64,000 nucleotides of DNA from Piromyces finnis finn (Eukaryota > Fungi > Neocallimastigomycota). The position numbers and the translations under genes were made by a program. The notes under the pieces are model-generated. The model searched no databases, had not been told where the DNA came from, and saw nothing but the letters and a program-made list of their open reading frames with translations. Position 1 is the first letter of the stretch, and every line of letters begins with the position of its first letter. The stretch covers positions 384,833 to 448,832 of the forward strand of contig MCFH01000046.1 of NCBI GenBank assembly GCA_002104945.1, given 5' to 3'. This document shows positions 29,501 through 55,163 of this stretch, piece by piece.

Positions 29501-29832
29501 AATAAAAGAAAAGAATGCTATATATATTATATTTATATATTTAATTATATATATTTTTGATTATTAATAAAAAAAGTTCTATTATTAAAATTAACTCTTT
29601 CAAGAATAATATGCTAATTATATAACTACAATTATTATGTTGTTAAATTATCATAAGAAAAATACACACAAGGTTATATGAATTTATAAATTAACTACCA
29701 AATTTATTGTTAATATTAAAAAAGTATGTAGTTTTATATTAATAATTATTATTTCAAGTTTGAAGATGAAGAATACGTTTTCTTACAATTAGATAATCGC
29801 AAATTTTGTGGAACTAAATAATTGAATAAATT

Positions 29833-30012
<180 letters not shown>

Positions 30013-30247
30013 TAATCTAATCTTTAATTTATATTTTGTTAAAAGTACTTTTATTTTTTAATTTAATTTTTTCAAATTTAAACTTTGAAAAAATTAAATT
30101 TTTATAATTTTTTTGATTAAAAATTATATGGCTATATTAAACAATATAGTCATATAGTATATATATACAAAATTCCAAATAAATTTTTAAATTAATATAT
30201 TTATAATGAATATTTATTAAACAGTAAAAATTTTATTAGTACATAAA

Positions 30248-40432
<10,185 letters not shown>

Positions 40433-40704
40433 AAATAATTAATTTTTTTATATAAAAAAAATTATAATTGAAAACATAACTAATATGACAAATAAATAGT
40501 AATTTCCTATGAAATATAAATGTATATATAACATTTACTTCATTTATAAATAACATTCTTATTATAACATATTTAAACTAAAATATTAATAATAATTATT
40601 AAACATTATACTTTTATAATAATAAAAAAAAAAAATGCTAATTTTTAACATTAAGTATTATTCTCACCTTTATTTTATTTTATTATTAATTTTATTATTC
40701 ATCA

Positions 40705-40840
<136 letters not shown>

Positions 40841-41350
40841 CTATACAACTTTCATTTTATTATTATTAGATTTACATTTATATATCATATTATATTATTT
40901 TCATATAATAGTGATAAAATCAAAATAAAATTTTCTGATAGTATTATTATAAATATTAACAATATTGTTAAGAGTAATAATTTATAAATCAATATTAATA
41001 ATTGTTTATAAATGTATTACATTATTTTTAGAAAGATAATATTACATTCATTTTTCATTATTCTTTCTTTCTATTGGGAATATTTGATATAGTATCAAAT
41101 ATTGATATATACAAAACAGTTGTCAATCTTTTGTTTGTTCATTAAACCTACTGATTAAATATATTTTATATTATTATTATTAATATTATTATTATAATAA
41201 TCATTATATTTTACTTTATCAAAAAGTTATAATATCAGTTAATTATTCATATATATATTAATAATTTAATTTCTATATTTGCTTTCACTAATTATTTTAT
41301 ATTAAAACTAAATAAATATTTTATGAGTTTTCAATTAAGTAAATATATTA

Positions 41351-41395
<45 letters not shown>

Positions 41396-41424
41396 GTATG
41401 AAAAGCAATTTTGATTAAATCTTT

Positions 41425-42475
41425 TTAGTCTTGTTTTTCTTTCTTGGCAGAATTTGTTATCTTTGCAATAATGCCCCATTTTTCCTTTAACCAAGCATCG
41501 ATTGTAGATACACCTTTTTCTGAATAATTTAATGCAATAACTAATTGATTAAGTAAATTTAAAAGCCTTTTATTAATAGATGCACTTCCTGCAGTATGAA
41601 TAATGATTGGCAATGATAAAAATATTGCTGTTAACTCTAATGCTAATTCCAAACGACCCAAGACATCAAAATAACTTAATGTTCTTAGTTTGCACTGTAA
41701 TTGATAAATTTGTTTTATTTCACCTTTGGCAGCTGTCCAACATTTCTTTCCTATTACTAGATAGTCCTGGACTTCATTAAATATATTTCTGTCATTATAA
41801 TACAAATAAAGTATTAATTCAAAATTTAAAGATTTTATAACCAAATTAAATAAAAATACCCAATTAATAAATTTTAAATTCATTATATATAAATTATTAT
41901 AATAAATACTAACTGATAATCCCTGTTTATTTCACAACTTGTTAAAAATTCTAAAGTTTCCATAATGTCATCAAAATTACCATTAAACATTTCATTTAAA
42001 ATCTGTGTTAATATAGTTGTAAATGAGGCTTCTGAACCATCTTCATTTCCTAATTTTCCTATTAAATCGTATTGCCTTCTAAGTGTTGGGTTTTTTAAAG
42101 TTTCATATGCTTTTGAAATAGTAAGAATAATAAAATAATATATAAATAAAATAAACATTTAATACAATTATTATATTTAAACTATACTTTATTGAATCAT
42201 TATCGAATAAAAAAAAATATAAAAGATAAAATTAACATTTTCATTATATTATTACCAGCTGAAGTCACTTGGAAAGCTCTTGTAGCATCCTCATCATTTC
42301 GAAATTTATCAGGATGAATAAGTCTACTTGTCTTTAAATAAGCCTTTCTTATTTCATCAGTTGTTGCATCAGTTTCAACACCCAATATTTTATATAATGA
42401 TCGTTCATTTAATATTTGCTCTATTCTAGCTCTACCTTTATCATAATTTGAGATTTTTGAAGTATTGACCTCCAT
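41425..42475 (-). CDS. J-domain (DnaJ class C) protein with unassigned helical C-terminal region, about 3 exons
   Basis: LYKILGVETDATTDEIRKAYLKTSRLIHPDK (HPD motif)...RAFQVTSA|AYETLKNPTLRRQYD. The downstream exon is open to the stop at 41425; the second intron boundary is less certain. Confidence 0.85.
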
Positions 42476-42719
42476 TCTATATATATTAAACTAATAGGGA
42501 AGTAACACATTAAAGTTTATTATTCCTGTTATTATCAACATATAATAAAAATAATATTTAATAAATTAAGTATTTATTAAATTATTTTTTCCATTATAAA
42601 AGCCAATTAGTTGTTATTATTTATTTACTATAATTTAGTATTTTTAATATTATAAATTAAAACACATGACTAAAATATAATTTTATATATAAGATTTAAA
42701 TATCATAGGAATACTTTTT

Positions 42720-42880
<161 letters not shown>

Positions 42881-44711
42881 TTGTTTTATTTTGTTTGTTT
42901 GTTTGCTAGTTAAATATAATTATTAATTATTAATATATATATCAGCATGTTTGTATTATTAATTTTAAATTATAGGTTTTTAAAAGGAATGAATTTTTTT
43001 ATAAAACTAAGAACTAAGACAGCTTTAGCACATATACTTCAGCTTCAGTAATTTAATGACCCATACTTTTTTTAAAAAAATTAATATATTAATTAGCATT
43101 AAATAATTAGACAATGTTAAATAAATATTTGTATAAATATTGTAATTATTTTGGTTAAATAAAATGTATAAAAAAAATTTAAATAAAGCAGCGCATATCC
43201 TATTAAAATCAAGCAATCAGGCTATTTTTCATGGTTAAAATTTAGTTTAATTTAAAAATGTATTACAATAATTTATGATGCAATACTAATAATTAAAAAA
43301 AACTACTACAATAAGAAGTTTAAATTTAAAATTCCATTTCTTAAATCAAATATATTATTATATTACCTTTTGTTAAATTAAATCTAAAAAATTAATTAAT
43401 ATATATTTATTTGTCTATTTAATCATAATATTATATATTTATGTACAAGGCAATATATTATATATATTAAAAATCTAAGTAATTGATTTTGTTTTTAATT
43501 ATAAATCATATTAAAATTAGAATAAATGTAATATGTAGTAAAAATATATAATGAAATAAACTACAAATTAATCTTTTTATGTATACTATATTAATTACAT
43601 TTTCCTTCTTGGTGTCATAAAAAAAAAATGGATTTCACATATTTCACATATAATAATGAATAAAAATAATAATTGTATGTATAATTAATTAATTAATTAA
43701 TAATTAAATAAATAAATTATTTTATGAATTTAGTTTTATTTTTTAGAAAAAAAAAAAAAAAGAATTGAAATTAAAAATTATTAAGTATAACATAAATATA
43801 ATTAGAGAATATATTATAATATATTAATTAATAATTTTTAATTTTTAAATCTTTTTAATAAAACAAAATAATTACTTCATTTTTTTTATTTTATTTTTAT
43901 TTTCTTTTTCATATAGTAAATAAACAAAAGTAATATAAAAAAAAAAACTTTTATTTAAATACTATTAATTGAAATAAAAAGTTAGTTTTTTTTTTATTTA
44001 TATATATTTAATGCAATAGTTTTTATTTATTATATAATTTTTATATATTTTTAAAATATTTAATCCACTTAATAAAGGGTATAATAAAGTAAATAATCAT
44101 TAATGAATACATAGTAATAAAGACACATAAATGTAATAGTTATTAAGTAAAGCTAAACTATTAAAGAAATAATAATATTCTAAAGAATCTAAAAGAGCAT
44201 AATAAAAGGAGTTTAATAAAAATAAAATAAAAAAATTTAATCTTAAATAAAAATTATATTTTTTAATTGTAAATAAACATTAGCATATTGTATATTTAAT
44301 CAATTTAAGAAAATAAGATCAAAATAAAGATAATACAATACAAAGATATCTAAAAGGAAATAGTATAAATTATTAATACAAATCCGAATGAAAAATTGAT
44401 CTGTCAAAAAATATTCAATTGAAAAATAATTATCATTGATGAATAATCCATATTTATATTAATAAAAAAAATCAAAAAAAAAATAATAATAATAAGTAGA
44501 ATAATTTTAAATAAAAAATTGAAAAATGATGAAAATATATACTATTCTTTTACATTTATGTATTATTAACTGAAATTAAATATATTTTATTTAAACATCC
44601 AAAGATAGAAGAAATGTTAAAAACTAAAAAAAGATCAAAAAAAAATAAATAAATAAAATATTACTTAATAAAATTATTAAAATTTATTTATATATATTTA
44701 TAAAGTAGACA

Positions 44712-46724
44712 ATGAGTACTGCATCAATACCTTATGCTGGAAGTAAGATCAGCTTAATTTCAAAGTCTGACATCAGATATGTTGGTACTTTACATTCAAT
44801 AAATCAACAAGATTCAACAGTATCATTAGAACAAGGTAAATAAAATTAAATAAATAAATTAGAATGAAGAAAAGAATAAAATATAAATAGTAACTGAAAA
44901 ATAAAAATAAAATAAAAAAGATATTATAATAAGCAAATAACATATAATAATAAAAAGTTGTATTTGTAAAAATTAATAGAAAAAAATAAATTTGATAAAA
45001 AATTATAGTATTTTTATAAACATGATTTATAAATAAAAGAATATAAAAATTAAATAGATTTTAACTTTTTGTAATAATATTATAATTTTGTTTTTTTTTT
45101 TTAAATAAATTTTAAATATGAATAAAATAAATAGTTCGTTCATATGGTACAGAAGGAAGAAAGAAAAACAAGAGTGAAGAAATTAGTGGAACTGATCAAA
45201 TTTACGAATACATTGTTTTTCGTGGTAGTGATATTAAAGATTTACAAGTATGTGAAGCTCCACAAAGACCACAAGTTCAAGTTCCAAAAGACCCAGCTAT
45301 CTTAGGAGTAAATATTATTATAATGATAAATATAAATATTTCAATGATCAAGAAATAATTTAAAAATTTAACATTGTAATTCAATTTAATTAATATTATT
45401 CAATAGACTACTGCACCAGCTCCTTCTTCAATTCCACCAGGTTTTAATATGATGCAAGGTTTAGTTGATGGAAACATGTTACCACCAAATCTTGCAATTA
45501 ATCCTTATTTAATTCAATTATATCAACAACAATTATGGCAACAACAAATACAACAACAACAACAACAACAACAAGTAAAAAACTATATTTCATTTTATAA
45601 TAAAAAAAAGAATATTAAATTTCGGACTATTAAATCTGTATAGATATTAACTAATAATTATTTTATGAAATAAAGCCTGCAGCTTCTTTATTAAAAACTG
45701 ACCAAGCTACTGGTGAACAAAGCAACAATATTATTTCAGGTATGGAAAAATTAAATTTAGCTGATCCAAATGCCAAGAAGGATGACGATAATACTCAAAA
45801 AGAAACTAATGAAAAGAATGAAGGAAATAGCCAACAAAAGGACAAAAGTAGGTTTTTTAATTATAATTTAAATTAATAAATTTAAAAATAAAGAATATTA
45901 ATAAAAATTTTATATAGATAACAATCGTTCACAAAATAATAACTACAGTAGAAATTACAACTCAAATAGCAGATACCAAAGAGGTAATCGTCAAAATAAT
46001 AATTATCGCAGAGGTATGAATCAACGTGGACGTCGTAACTGGAACGCAAAGCAACTCTCACTTCCAGATTCTGACTTTGATTTTGAATCCTCAAATGCTA
46101 AATTTAAAGAACTTTCTGACAAGGAAGCTAACAAAACTGATAAGAAGGAAGAAGAAGGAAATGTACAAGACGGTGAAGAACAAGAAGAAAGTGGAGCTGA
46201 AGAAAAAACTCAAGAAAACTTCTATAATAAATCTTCATCATTCTTTGATAACATTTCTTGTGAAAGTAAAGACAGAGCTGAAGAACAAGGAAAGAAGTAA
46301 GTATTAAAAATCATAAAATATTAAAATATAAAGTATTATACTTAACGATTTAAAATAATAAAGATTTGACCGTAGAGCAAAGCAATATGAAGAACGTAAA
46401 CTTAATATGGAAACTTTTGGTCAAGCTACTGTCAACCGTGGAGGTCACCGTGGTTATAGAAGAAATAATTATCACTCATATAGAGGAAGAAATTATAACC
46501 GTAATAACGGATACCACAGAAACAACTACAGAAACTATAATAACACTTACAACAACAATAACAACAGACAAAAGAGCCAAGTAAATAAATATCTATATAT
46601 TCATTTTATTATTTAATATTTATCGCTAATAATAATTAATATTAATAATAAATAATAGGAACAAGTTTCCCAAAATAATAATAATAGTACTCAACAACAA
46701 CAAAAACAAGAAACTAGTCAATAG
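44712..46724 (+). CDS. SCD6: Scd6/LSM14 (RAP55) P-body translational repressor
   Basis: Lsm domain [21 protein letters not shown]...VRSYGTEGR...[16 protein letters not shown]; FDF motif [11 protein letters not shown]; FFD motif [15 protein letters not shown]; TFG motif [10 protein letters not shown]; RGG-rich tail. Confidence 0.95.
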
Positions 46725-48058
46725 AGAGAACAAGAAGATAATTAAAAGCTGAATTTAAATAGTTTAAATAAATACTTATTTTATAATATAAAATATTAAT
46801 GATATATATATACATATTTTCTTTTCTAGTTTTATTTTTAAATAAAAGTTTATATATAAATTTCTTTATCTCGATAAATGATAATATATATTAATATAAA
46901 ATTATTGTTAGCAAGTAACATAACAAATAAGAAAGAAAGAAAATATTAAAACAATTCTATTTAAATTAATGACTTTATTAATATTATTTACTTTCATATT
47001 AAATTTATGTTCTTTTTTTAAATATATATATTACAAGTATTTATAATGAAAAAAAAAAAAAAAAAAAAAAAAGACATTTGATATATTTTCATTTTCTAAG
47101 CATAATCAAAATTATTTAAAATACATTATATATATATTAAAATATAAGCAGTTATATAATTTTAATAATAAAAAATATAATTAATATAACACATTTAAAT
47201 TTTTGTTTTTTATTTTATTTATTCTTCATTAATAGCTAAATAATAAAGCTTTAAGATTATATAAATTATAAATTATATAAACAATTAAATAATATTAAAA
47301 AAAATAAATAAATAATAATAATAATAATAATAATAGAATAGTAAAAACAGAAAGGAATTAAAATTATTTAAAAAAAAAATAAAATAAAAGTAAATAATAT
47401 AAAGGGGGATTTATAAATATTTAAACAATCGTAAAAACAAATAAAGAATCAAATATAAAAATTAAATAGATTTTCTATTTTACTTAAAAAGCATTATTAA
47501 TATATATTGAAATGTTGAAATATTGAGTATTAATTTACTTTGTTTTAATTTTCATTTTACAAAGAAAAAAAGAAAAAAATAAAAAAGTATATTTACAATT
47601 TTACGAACAAAATAAAAATTAAAGTTTATTATAATATAATCTTAATAGTCAATTTTAATAATTAAAATATACTTTTGTGAAAACAATCCATGTATAGCAA
47701 ATTATTTTTTCATACATTATTTTATATTTATATTTAAACTAATTTTTTTTATTTAAAATAAAATATTTGTGAAATGAAATTCTTTTCCATAGGTTATTAT
47801 TTTTTATTGTTAATCCTCATAATCTAACCCGTATTATTAGATGTAGATGTATTATATTACTTTGTGTAATTATTATTTTATAATTTTTATCCATTTTTTT
47901 TATTATCACAAAATTATGAAAGCAAAATAATGTTTTAATTAAAAAATAAAATAAAACTAAATGAATAATACAATATACTAAAGTTGTATATTATTATAAA
48001 ATAAATAGCAATAATATATAAAACATTATATAAATAATTAATAATAATAATAAAAAAA

Positions 48059-51000
48059 ATGCAAGTAAGTAATAGTAAAAAAGAAAAAGCTCAAAATTTT
48101 CTTGAAGTTTCTTCAGGATTAATATCAAATTCCAAGATGAAACCAAATTCAAAAAAATTATATAACTTATATGTGCATGATGAACGTTTCTCAAAACAAG
48201 ATGTTGTAATAAATCAAGAACATTTTCCAAATATTAATTCAGGTGATTTATTAGAAATTTTCCATCCAGAATCAACTGGTCCTTCTAATAATAATAATAA
48301 TAATAATAATAATTGGAATAATCATAGCAATTCAAATTCAAAATATATTAATAATAATCAAAAAAATAAGCATGCAATTGCAGAATTAATACATTCTTTG
48401 CCAATTGATTGCAGAAGATTAATAATTCAAGTTATTAATATTGATAAAGATATAAGCATTAGACAGCCTCAATTACAAGTAATTTTATTTTTATTCATTA
48501 TAAGAAAATAAGAAAATATATTAATCCTTATTTCATTTTAACTAACTTTATTTGAATTATAAAATGTAATAATTTAAATAAAATAAAAAGATTTCAGTAG
48601 CAAATCATATTGCTTCATTATTTGAATTACAAGCAAGAACAGATGTTGTAGTTAGAAAAGTAAAAATCTTAATATATAAATAAAATATTAATGTTTAATG
48701 GAATTTATATTTTGTCCCAATTTGATATCAATGTATTAATATTTAAATCTTCAAAAGATAGATTTTTCTGAAGTGACAGCAGATTATATTGAAGTTACAT
48801 TTAGGGATCAATATATAAGTCGAGGTGATATGTGGAGGTTTAAATTAGCTTTAGAAGGTACTTGTGTTTATGTAGGGAAAAATATTTCATATGCTGGTTT
48901 ATTAAGAGCGCAAGTTAAAAAAATTCTTGTAAATGGTAGAAAGGTAATATAATTCATAATAATTAAAATTAATGTAATTACTAATTTTTTTTAGATTTAT
49001 TAAAATAAAAAAAAAAAAAAACTAAAGGAATAAATCAATTTTTTATAATGTTTTATCATTATATTATATTTTTAGGTTGCATGTGGATATATTACAAATT
49101 CAACAAAAACTATTTTTAGATCTGAATCATCTAAATTCTTTATGTTTATACAAATGAGTAAAGAAATGTGGGATTTTGATGAAGATGGTGAGCTTTTTTA
49201 TGAAAAAACATTAACTGGTTTCTTTCCAACATTATTTCAAAAATGGACAGAAAGTAATACTAATCATACCATTTCAATTATTCTTTTTTCAAGAATTTTC
49301 TATAATCATATTAATGATGTTCCTGAAAATGATAATGCAATATTATATGATTCAAATGATCGTCCTTATAAAGACTTTTATAGAGTTGTTATTGATTTTG
49401 AAACAAGAACTGATTGGTCTTCAATGCTTACTATCCTTAAACGCGAATTTGTTAAATTTCAAAAAGATATCTTACAAAGATCAGAAAATGGATCCATGAT
49501 TTTATCTGGTAATAATTCGCCAGCCTGTGAAGGAAATGTGTTAGAAGCAATTAATCTTGCTCTTAATCCATTTGATAAACATCATATGGATAGAAGTATT
49601 TTAAGAACAGGATTATCTATTGTTGTAGTTACTCCTGGAACAGGTATTTTTGAAGTAGATAAAAAACTTCTAAGATTGACTACTCAAAGAATGATTGATA
49701 ATGGTATTAGTCTTGATCTCGTTTGTTTATCAAGACCACCATTATATCTTGTCCCATTAATGAAATATTTTTCAAAAGAATTATCTGTAAGTACTAATCA
49801 ACAAGAAAGTGTTGATAATTCTTTATCTTCCTTTAATGAAAAGAAAACTCATAAAAATGAATCTTTTGAAAAGCCAGGTGAATCATCAGAGAAAAAAATA
49901 GATGTATGGGATCCTCTTTATTTTGATGATCCAGATAATGATAATCCTGATCATATATTTTATGCAATTCCATATTGGATAGACTGTAGCTTTTGGAACA
50001 ACAATCAAAATTCAGAAAATAAAAACAGTAATTGTAACCTAAAATATTCAAATAGTAAAAATGAATTTTTACTTCGTTGTAAAATGTATGATATTCAAAT
50101 GATGGGTATTACAGAGCAAGCAGGTTCATCCATCTTGATTCCGTATCTTGAATCTAATACTTCTGAGAAAATTAATTCAACAATTGAACCAGATCAAAGT
50201 TCCGTTGATTATGATCGTTATGATGAAGGTCTATTCCATTATGATCAAAAAATCCATTCTAGAACTAGATTTAATGCTAGAATTGTTACTTCAAGTCATA
50301 ATATTACACCAGATAATACTTATTCAGTAACTAATCAAATTAAAGTCTCAGACTCTAGTCGCAGTATTGATATTCGTGAAGAAAATCCTCTTATATCTCA
50401 AAGAAATAAAATATTAAAAGATAATGCCTCAGCTACATCTTCAGTAGTATCTAGACGTAATGATATTCGTCATTCTAATGATATTAGATTATATACAGAT
50501 AATAATCTAAGATTAGAACCTATAAGAATGACAGCATCAATAAAAATAAATAATTCTAATTCATCAAATTATATTAATAATGAAATTAATGTAGCATCTA
50601 GTTATGGAGCCAATAGCATGTTTCATAATTCCCACATAAAAAATAAATTGGAATTACAAAGAAATGAAGTTTCAATAAATTCTACAAATAATGGCATGTC
50701 TAATATCATGAATACTAAATCATTAAGAAAGAATATTAACGATCGTGAAAAACCAAAATCATATACAAGCAACATAAATATTGATATTGATCATTCAAAA
50801 TCATCTGATGTAGATAATTCAAATGGAGAAGGAAATAGTATAAATACAGATAATTCAAAAAATATTCAAGTGGCACCAATATGTATAAAGCATTCTTCTC
50901 GTTATAATAATTATACTGGAAGTTATAGAGATGCTGATAATCGTAATAGTATTTCAGAATCAATAAAATTTTGTTCATCCCAAAATGATCTTTCCAAACA

Positions 51001-53543
51001 TATTGTTAAAGTATCCCCAGGAAAACCAGGAACCATTAGGCATATTAAACAAAACTATATCAATCCATGTAATCCTACAAAAAATAAAATGAGACTTAGT
51101 TCGCATATATGTCGTTGGCATCATGTATTCCCAAAATCAATGGAACCAACTTCAAATAAAGCAACAATGAAATGGAAATCTTTATGCACACCAGCTTGTC
51201 TTCCTTTAACAACCGACTTCTTCCCGAAACAGGATGATTTAAGAGATTATTATGAAGAGTATACCTATGCTTTAGCACCAGATGATGAATATATTTTATA
51301 CCCAGAAAACTCCGATGATTCATTAAACTTTACAAAAAGAATCAATAGTTTATTAAAGGAAATGATTTCTCAAAGATTAAGTAAAGGTTTTCAATTAATT
51401 ATTTCTAATACCACTTCAACTAATATGCATATGAAACAAACTAATATACCAGATAATTTAATAAGTTTCAATAATAACAGTGTAGAAAATAGAAAGTTCC
51501 CAAATAGCTTAAAAGATGAAACATCATGGCCTCAATCAATATCAAAGCAACAATATTACTTGAGTCTTGGGGATCACTTACATAAACTTTATTATGATTC
51601 TTCCCGTCAAAATATCGAAATTAAAAGATATGTAAGAAAATTAAGCTATTCAACAAATCCTATTACCTATAAATGTTGTATATGGCCAAAAAGTCAAAAT
51701 TTTTATCAAACAAGAACTGTTATATTTAAATACCCAACCTTAGCAACATATAATTGGAATTATCTTGATCATTTTATTTCAGGAAGTCAAAAAGATACTG
51801 CAGATTCATTAGAGTTTTTAAGCGCTAGATTTATATTAATACCTCTTGATACAGTTCCTCAAAATAGTACTCTTCTTAATCCAACTAATGAGCAGCTTGA
51901 TGAAGAAGAACTTAGAATTGCTGGTTTTTCCAAATTTATTGATATCTTCGAAAAACTAAAATGGAATCAACATAATGATAAAAATGATCGAGATCAATCT
52001 TCAAATTTAAAACGCAGTAATAAATCAAATATTCTTAGAAAAATCCAATTTACAACATATAGTATTACCTCATTTACACCTAATCCATTAGACTTAAAAA
52101 GACAAATTCAGTTATCCGAATCAAGGCATTCTCATCGTAGAGGATCAGTTCAAATGATAGAAAGATTATCAAGAAACTCATCAATTGAATCTATTGCACA
52201 CACAATGCAACATGCAGATGGTGTTCCTTGTAGAGATCGTCGTTGGCATTTCCGTGTTTATGAACGAACATTTATAGGAAGTGATTTTGTTGAATGGATG
52301 ATTCGTTCTTTTCATGATATAGATACCAGAGAAGAAGCTGTTGAGTTTGGAAATCACTTATTAAATAAAGGAATGTTTGAGCACGTTACAAAGAAGCATC
52401 ATTTTTTAGATGGCTTTTACTTCTATCGTTTAAAAGCAGAATTTTCACTTCCAAAAGATCATCCAGATCGTGGTGCTATGCGTTGGTTTAGAACTCAAAA
52501 AAATAATCTTCAAGATAGTGTTGATTCATTTGATGATATTGATCGCCTTCCATTTAAACTTAGTCAATCTTTATTAATTGATGTAGATCCATTACAGAAA
52601 AGTAATCGTTCTGAAATTGCAACACTTCATTATGACACAGTATACAATCCAATGAATTGTTATCACTTTCAATTACATTGGCTTGTTTGTACAGCGAGAT
52701 TAATTGAAGATCAATTGACAAGTTGGTCAAGATTTGCTGAAAGATGTGGATTCAAACTTGTAGAAGCTCCGTATCAACAAGTTCAACAATATTCAAATGC
52801 AAATCCATTCCAATCCGTTAGTGTTATAAAATTAGTATCATTACCACCAAATATCGATTTAGTTCTTCAACAATTAAAAAATAATTTGCCATTCTCAAAT
52901 AAAACAAAATCAACTATATACAAAACCGATACTATAGTCAATAATGATAATGAGAATAGGAAAAATAGTGTCAATGAAAACGGAAATAATGATAAATCAA
53001 ATAAAGATAATAATGTTATATTTACTGATAATAATGATAAAGAAAAAACACCAATTCCAGTTAAAGAAAATTCTATCAATACAGGTTTTTTCGAAGATAG
53101 AAAAAATAGTAACAATTCAGAATCATCGATTGATAATAAAAAAAGTAATGTAAATACTACAAAACCTTTACAATTAAAGGATATCGAGATTCCAATGTAC
53201 TGGTATGAATCAGAATTATTAAAATATTTCGGTTTTGTTCTTGATTTAGAATCTGATAATCAATTCAAATATCCTATTAAATATTCTTATGAAAAACCAG
53301 AAAATAAGAATATTCAATTCGTTCATCGTTCTGGTATGGTTTTTGTTCAAATTTGTGAAGAAGATCATTCACGTTTCTTATGGATCAATAATTCCTTATA
53401 TAATTTAGGAAAAAGCAATATTAATACTAATTCAATTACTAGTTCAAATCCTAATAACAACAACAACAACAATAATAATAATAGTAATGACAACAATAAC
53501 AACAACAACAACAACAACAATAATAATAATAATGATGATGATG

Positions 53544-53583
<40 letters not shown>

Positions 53584-53585
53584 TG

Positions 53586-53673
<88 letters not shown>

Positions 53674-53675
53674 TA

Positions 53676-53743
<68 letters not shown>

Positions 53744-54698
53744 AACGATAATAGTAATGATGATAATGAAAATGATGATAATAATAATAATAATGCTAAT
53801 AATTCAAATATGGTTTCTGAAATATATCACTCTAATACATTAGAAGACACTTTATCCGTTTCAACAGATAATATATCAAATATATCTAAACTTGGATTAA
53901 ATTCTTCTTCATTAACTAATGCTGATTTATTATATGATCACTTCCAGAAATTCTGTCAAGATCCAAAAAAATTACAAGAGGTATGGGAGAAATCTACTCA
54001 AAAACTTCTTTTAATTACAAAAGGAATGAATAAACAACTTGAAGAAATGTCTGACGAAAGTAAGTATAGTAATACTAATTTTTTTATTCATTATTGATAT
54101 ATGAAATTCTAAATTAATTATCTGGTATATATATATGTAATTTTTATTGATTACCTTAGTTTTATACCAACCATTAGATATAAATTCAGGTAAAGTAATT
54201 AGTGATGTTTCATCAATCATAAAAAATTTATTAAAAAATAAAAGTGTTAGTAGTTATCAAGAAGAGAGAAGAAATAGTAGTTACCAAGAAGAAAGAAGAA
54301 CTGAAGAAAATAACTTTAGTAATAGTAGAAGTAATAGTTTGAACAGTACCAAAGTGAAATATGATAATGAAAAATCAAAAATATTTGAAAATAAAGAGAA
54401 TAGTAATAATGAAAATGTAATTAATGTTTCTTCTGATACTTTTAATCTGAATAAAAACTTAAACAGTCTAATAAATGAAAATATGATGGTAGAAAATTTT
54501 AATACCAACGAGGATGACAATATGAACCACAACAATAAATCATTAATTAATTCTAATCATCAAGTATTAAACGAGAATTCCGAATTAAATAAAAATAATA
54601 ATCATAAAGATCAATATAATAATTTAAATAACAATCTATTAAATAATGAAATTGATAAACCAATATTTATTAATCATTTGTCAGTTTCTCCAAAATAA
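48059..54698 (+). CDS. IML1: Iml1/DEPDC5 (SEA1), GATOR1/SEACIT subunit
   Basis: DYIEVTFRDQYISRGDMWR, FIQMSKEMWDFDEDGELFYEK, GNVLEAINLALNPFDKH, WKSLCTPACLPLTTDFFP, LLKEMISQRLSKGFQ, DEP domain DRRWHFRVYERTFIGSDFVEWM...HHFLDGFYFYRL, HYDTVYNPMNCYHFQLHWL, FVHRSGMVFVQI. Confidence 0.96.
53455..53800 (+). repeat. Coding poly-Asn/Asp trinucleotide tract inside IML1
   Basis: AAC/AAT/GAT runs, in frame in the 49142..54097 ORF. Confidence 0.88.
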
Positions 54699-54823
54699 TT
54701 TTATTACAAAGCATATAACATAACTATTTAAAAATAAATAAAAATATGTAAATTAAACTCATAATATGATTGTATAGCCTATTATTATAATAAAAATTAA
54801 AATATCAAATAAATATCAAATTA

Positions 54824-54858
<35 letters not shown>

Positions 54859-55163
54859 TTTTTAGATATTTAATAATCATTAAAAATATTTTAATATGAT
54901 TGAATATTCATTTATAGTTCTTATTAAATATAAAGAAATATATTTGTAGTAATAAATACTATTTTTAAATAACTTTTATTTGTATATATGTATTTTTCAA
55001 GTAGGGATTTATAAATAAATAAATAAATAACGAATATTATAAAATGAAATTTAAAATTAATATATATATATAAATGAATTAATAGAATATTTATATTACT
55101 AATTTAAAATTGGTAATTTTTTGGATTTAGAATTTCATATCTCCAAAAACAATAAGCAATGAA

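Noticed and set aside
29758-29825. Coding-looking stretch FEDEEYVFLQLDNRKFCGTKY* upstream of DOCK
   Set aside because: No start, no convincing upstream exon and no homology; it cannot be joined to DOCK.
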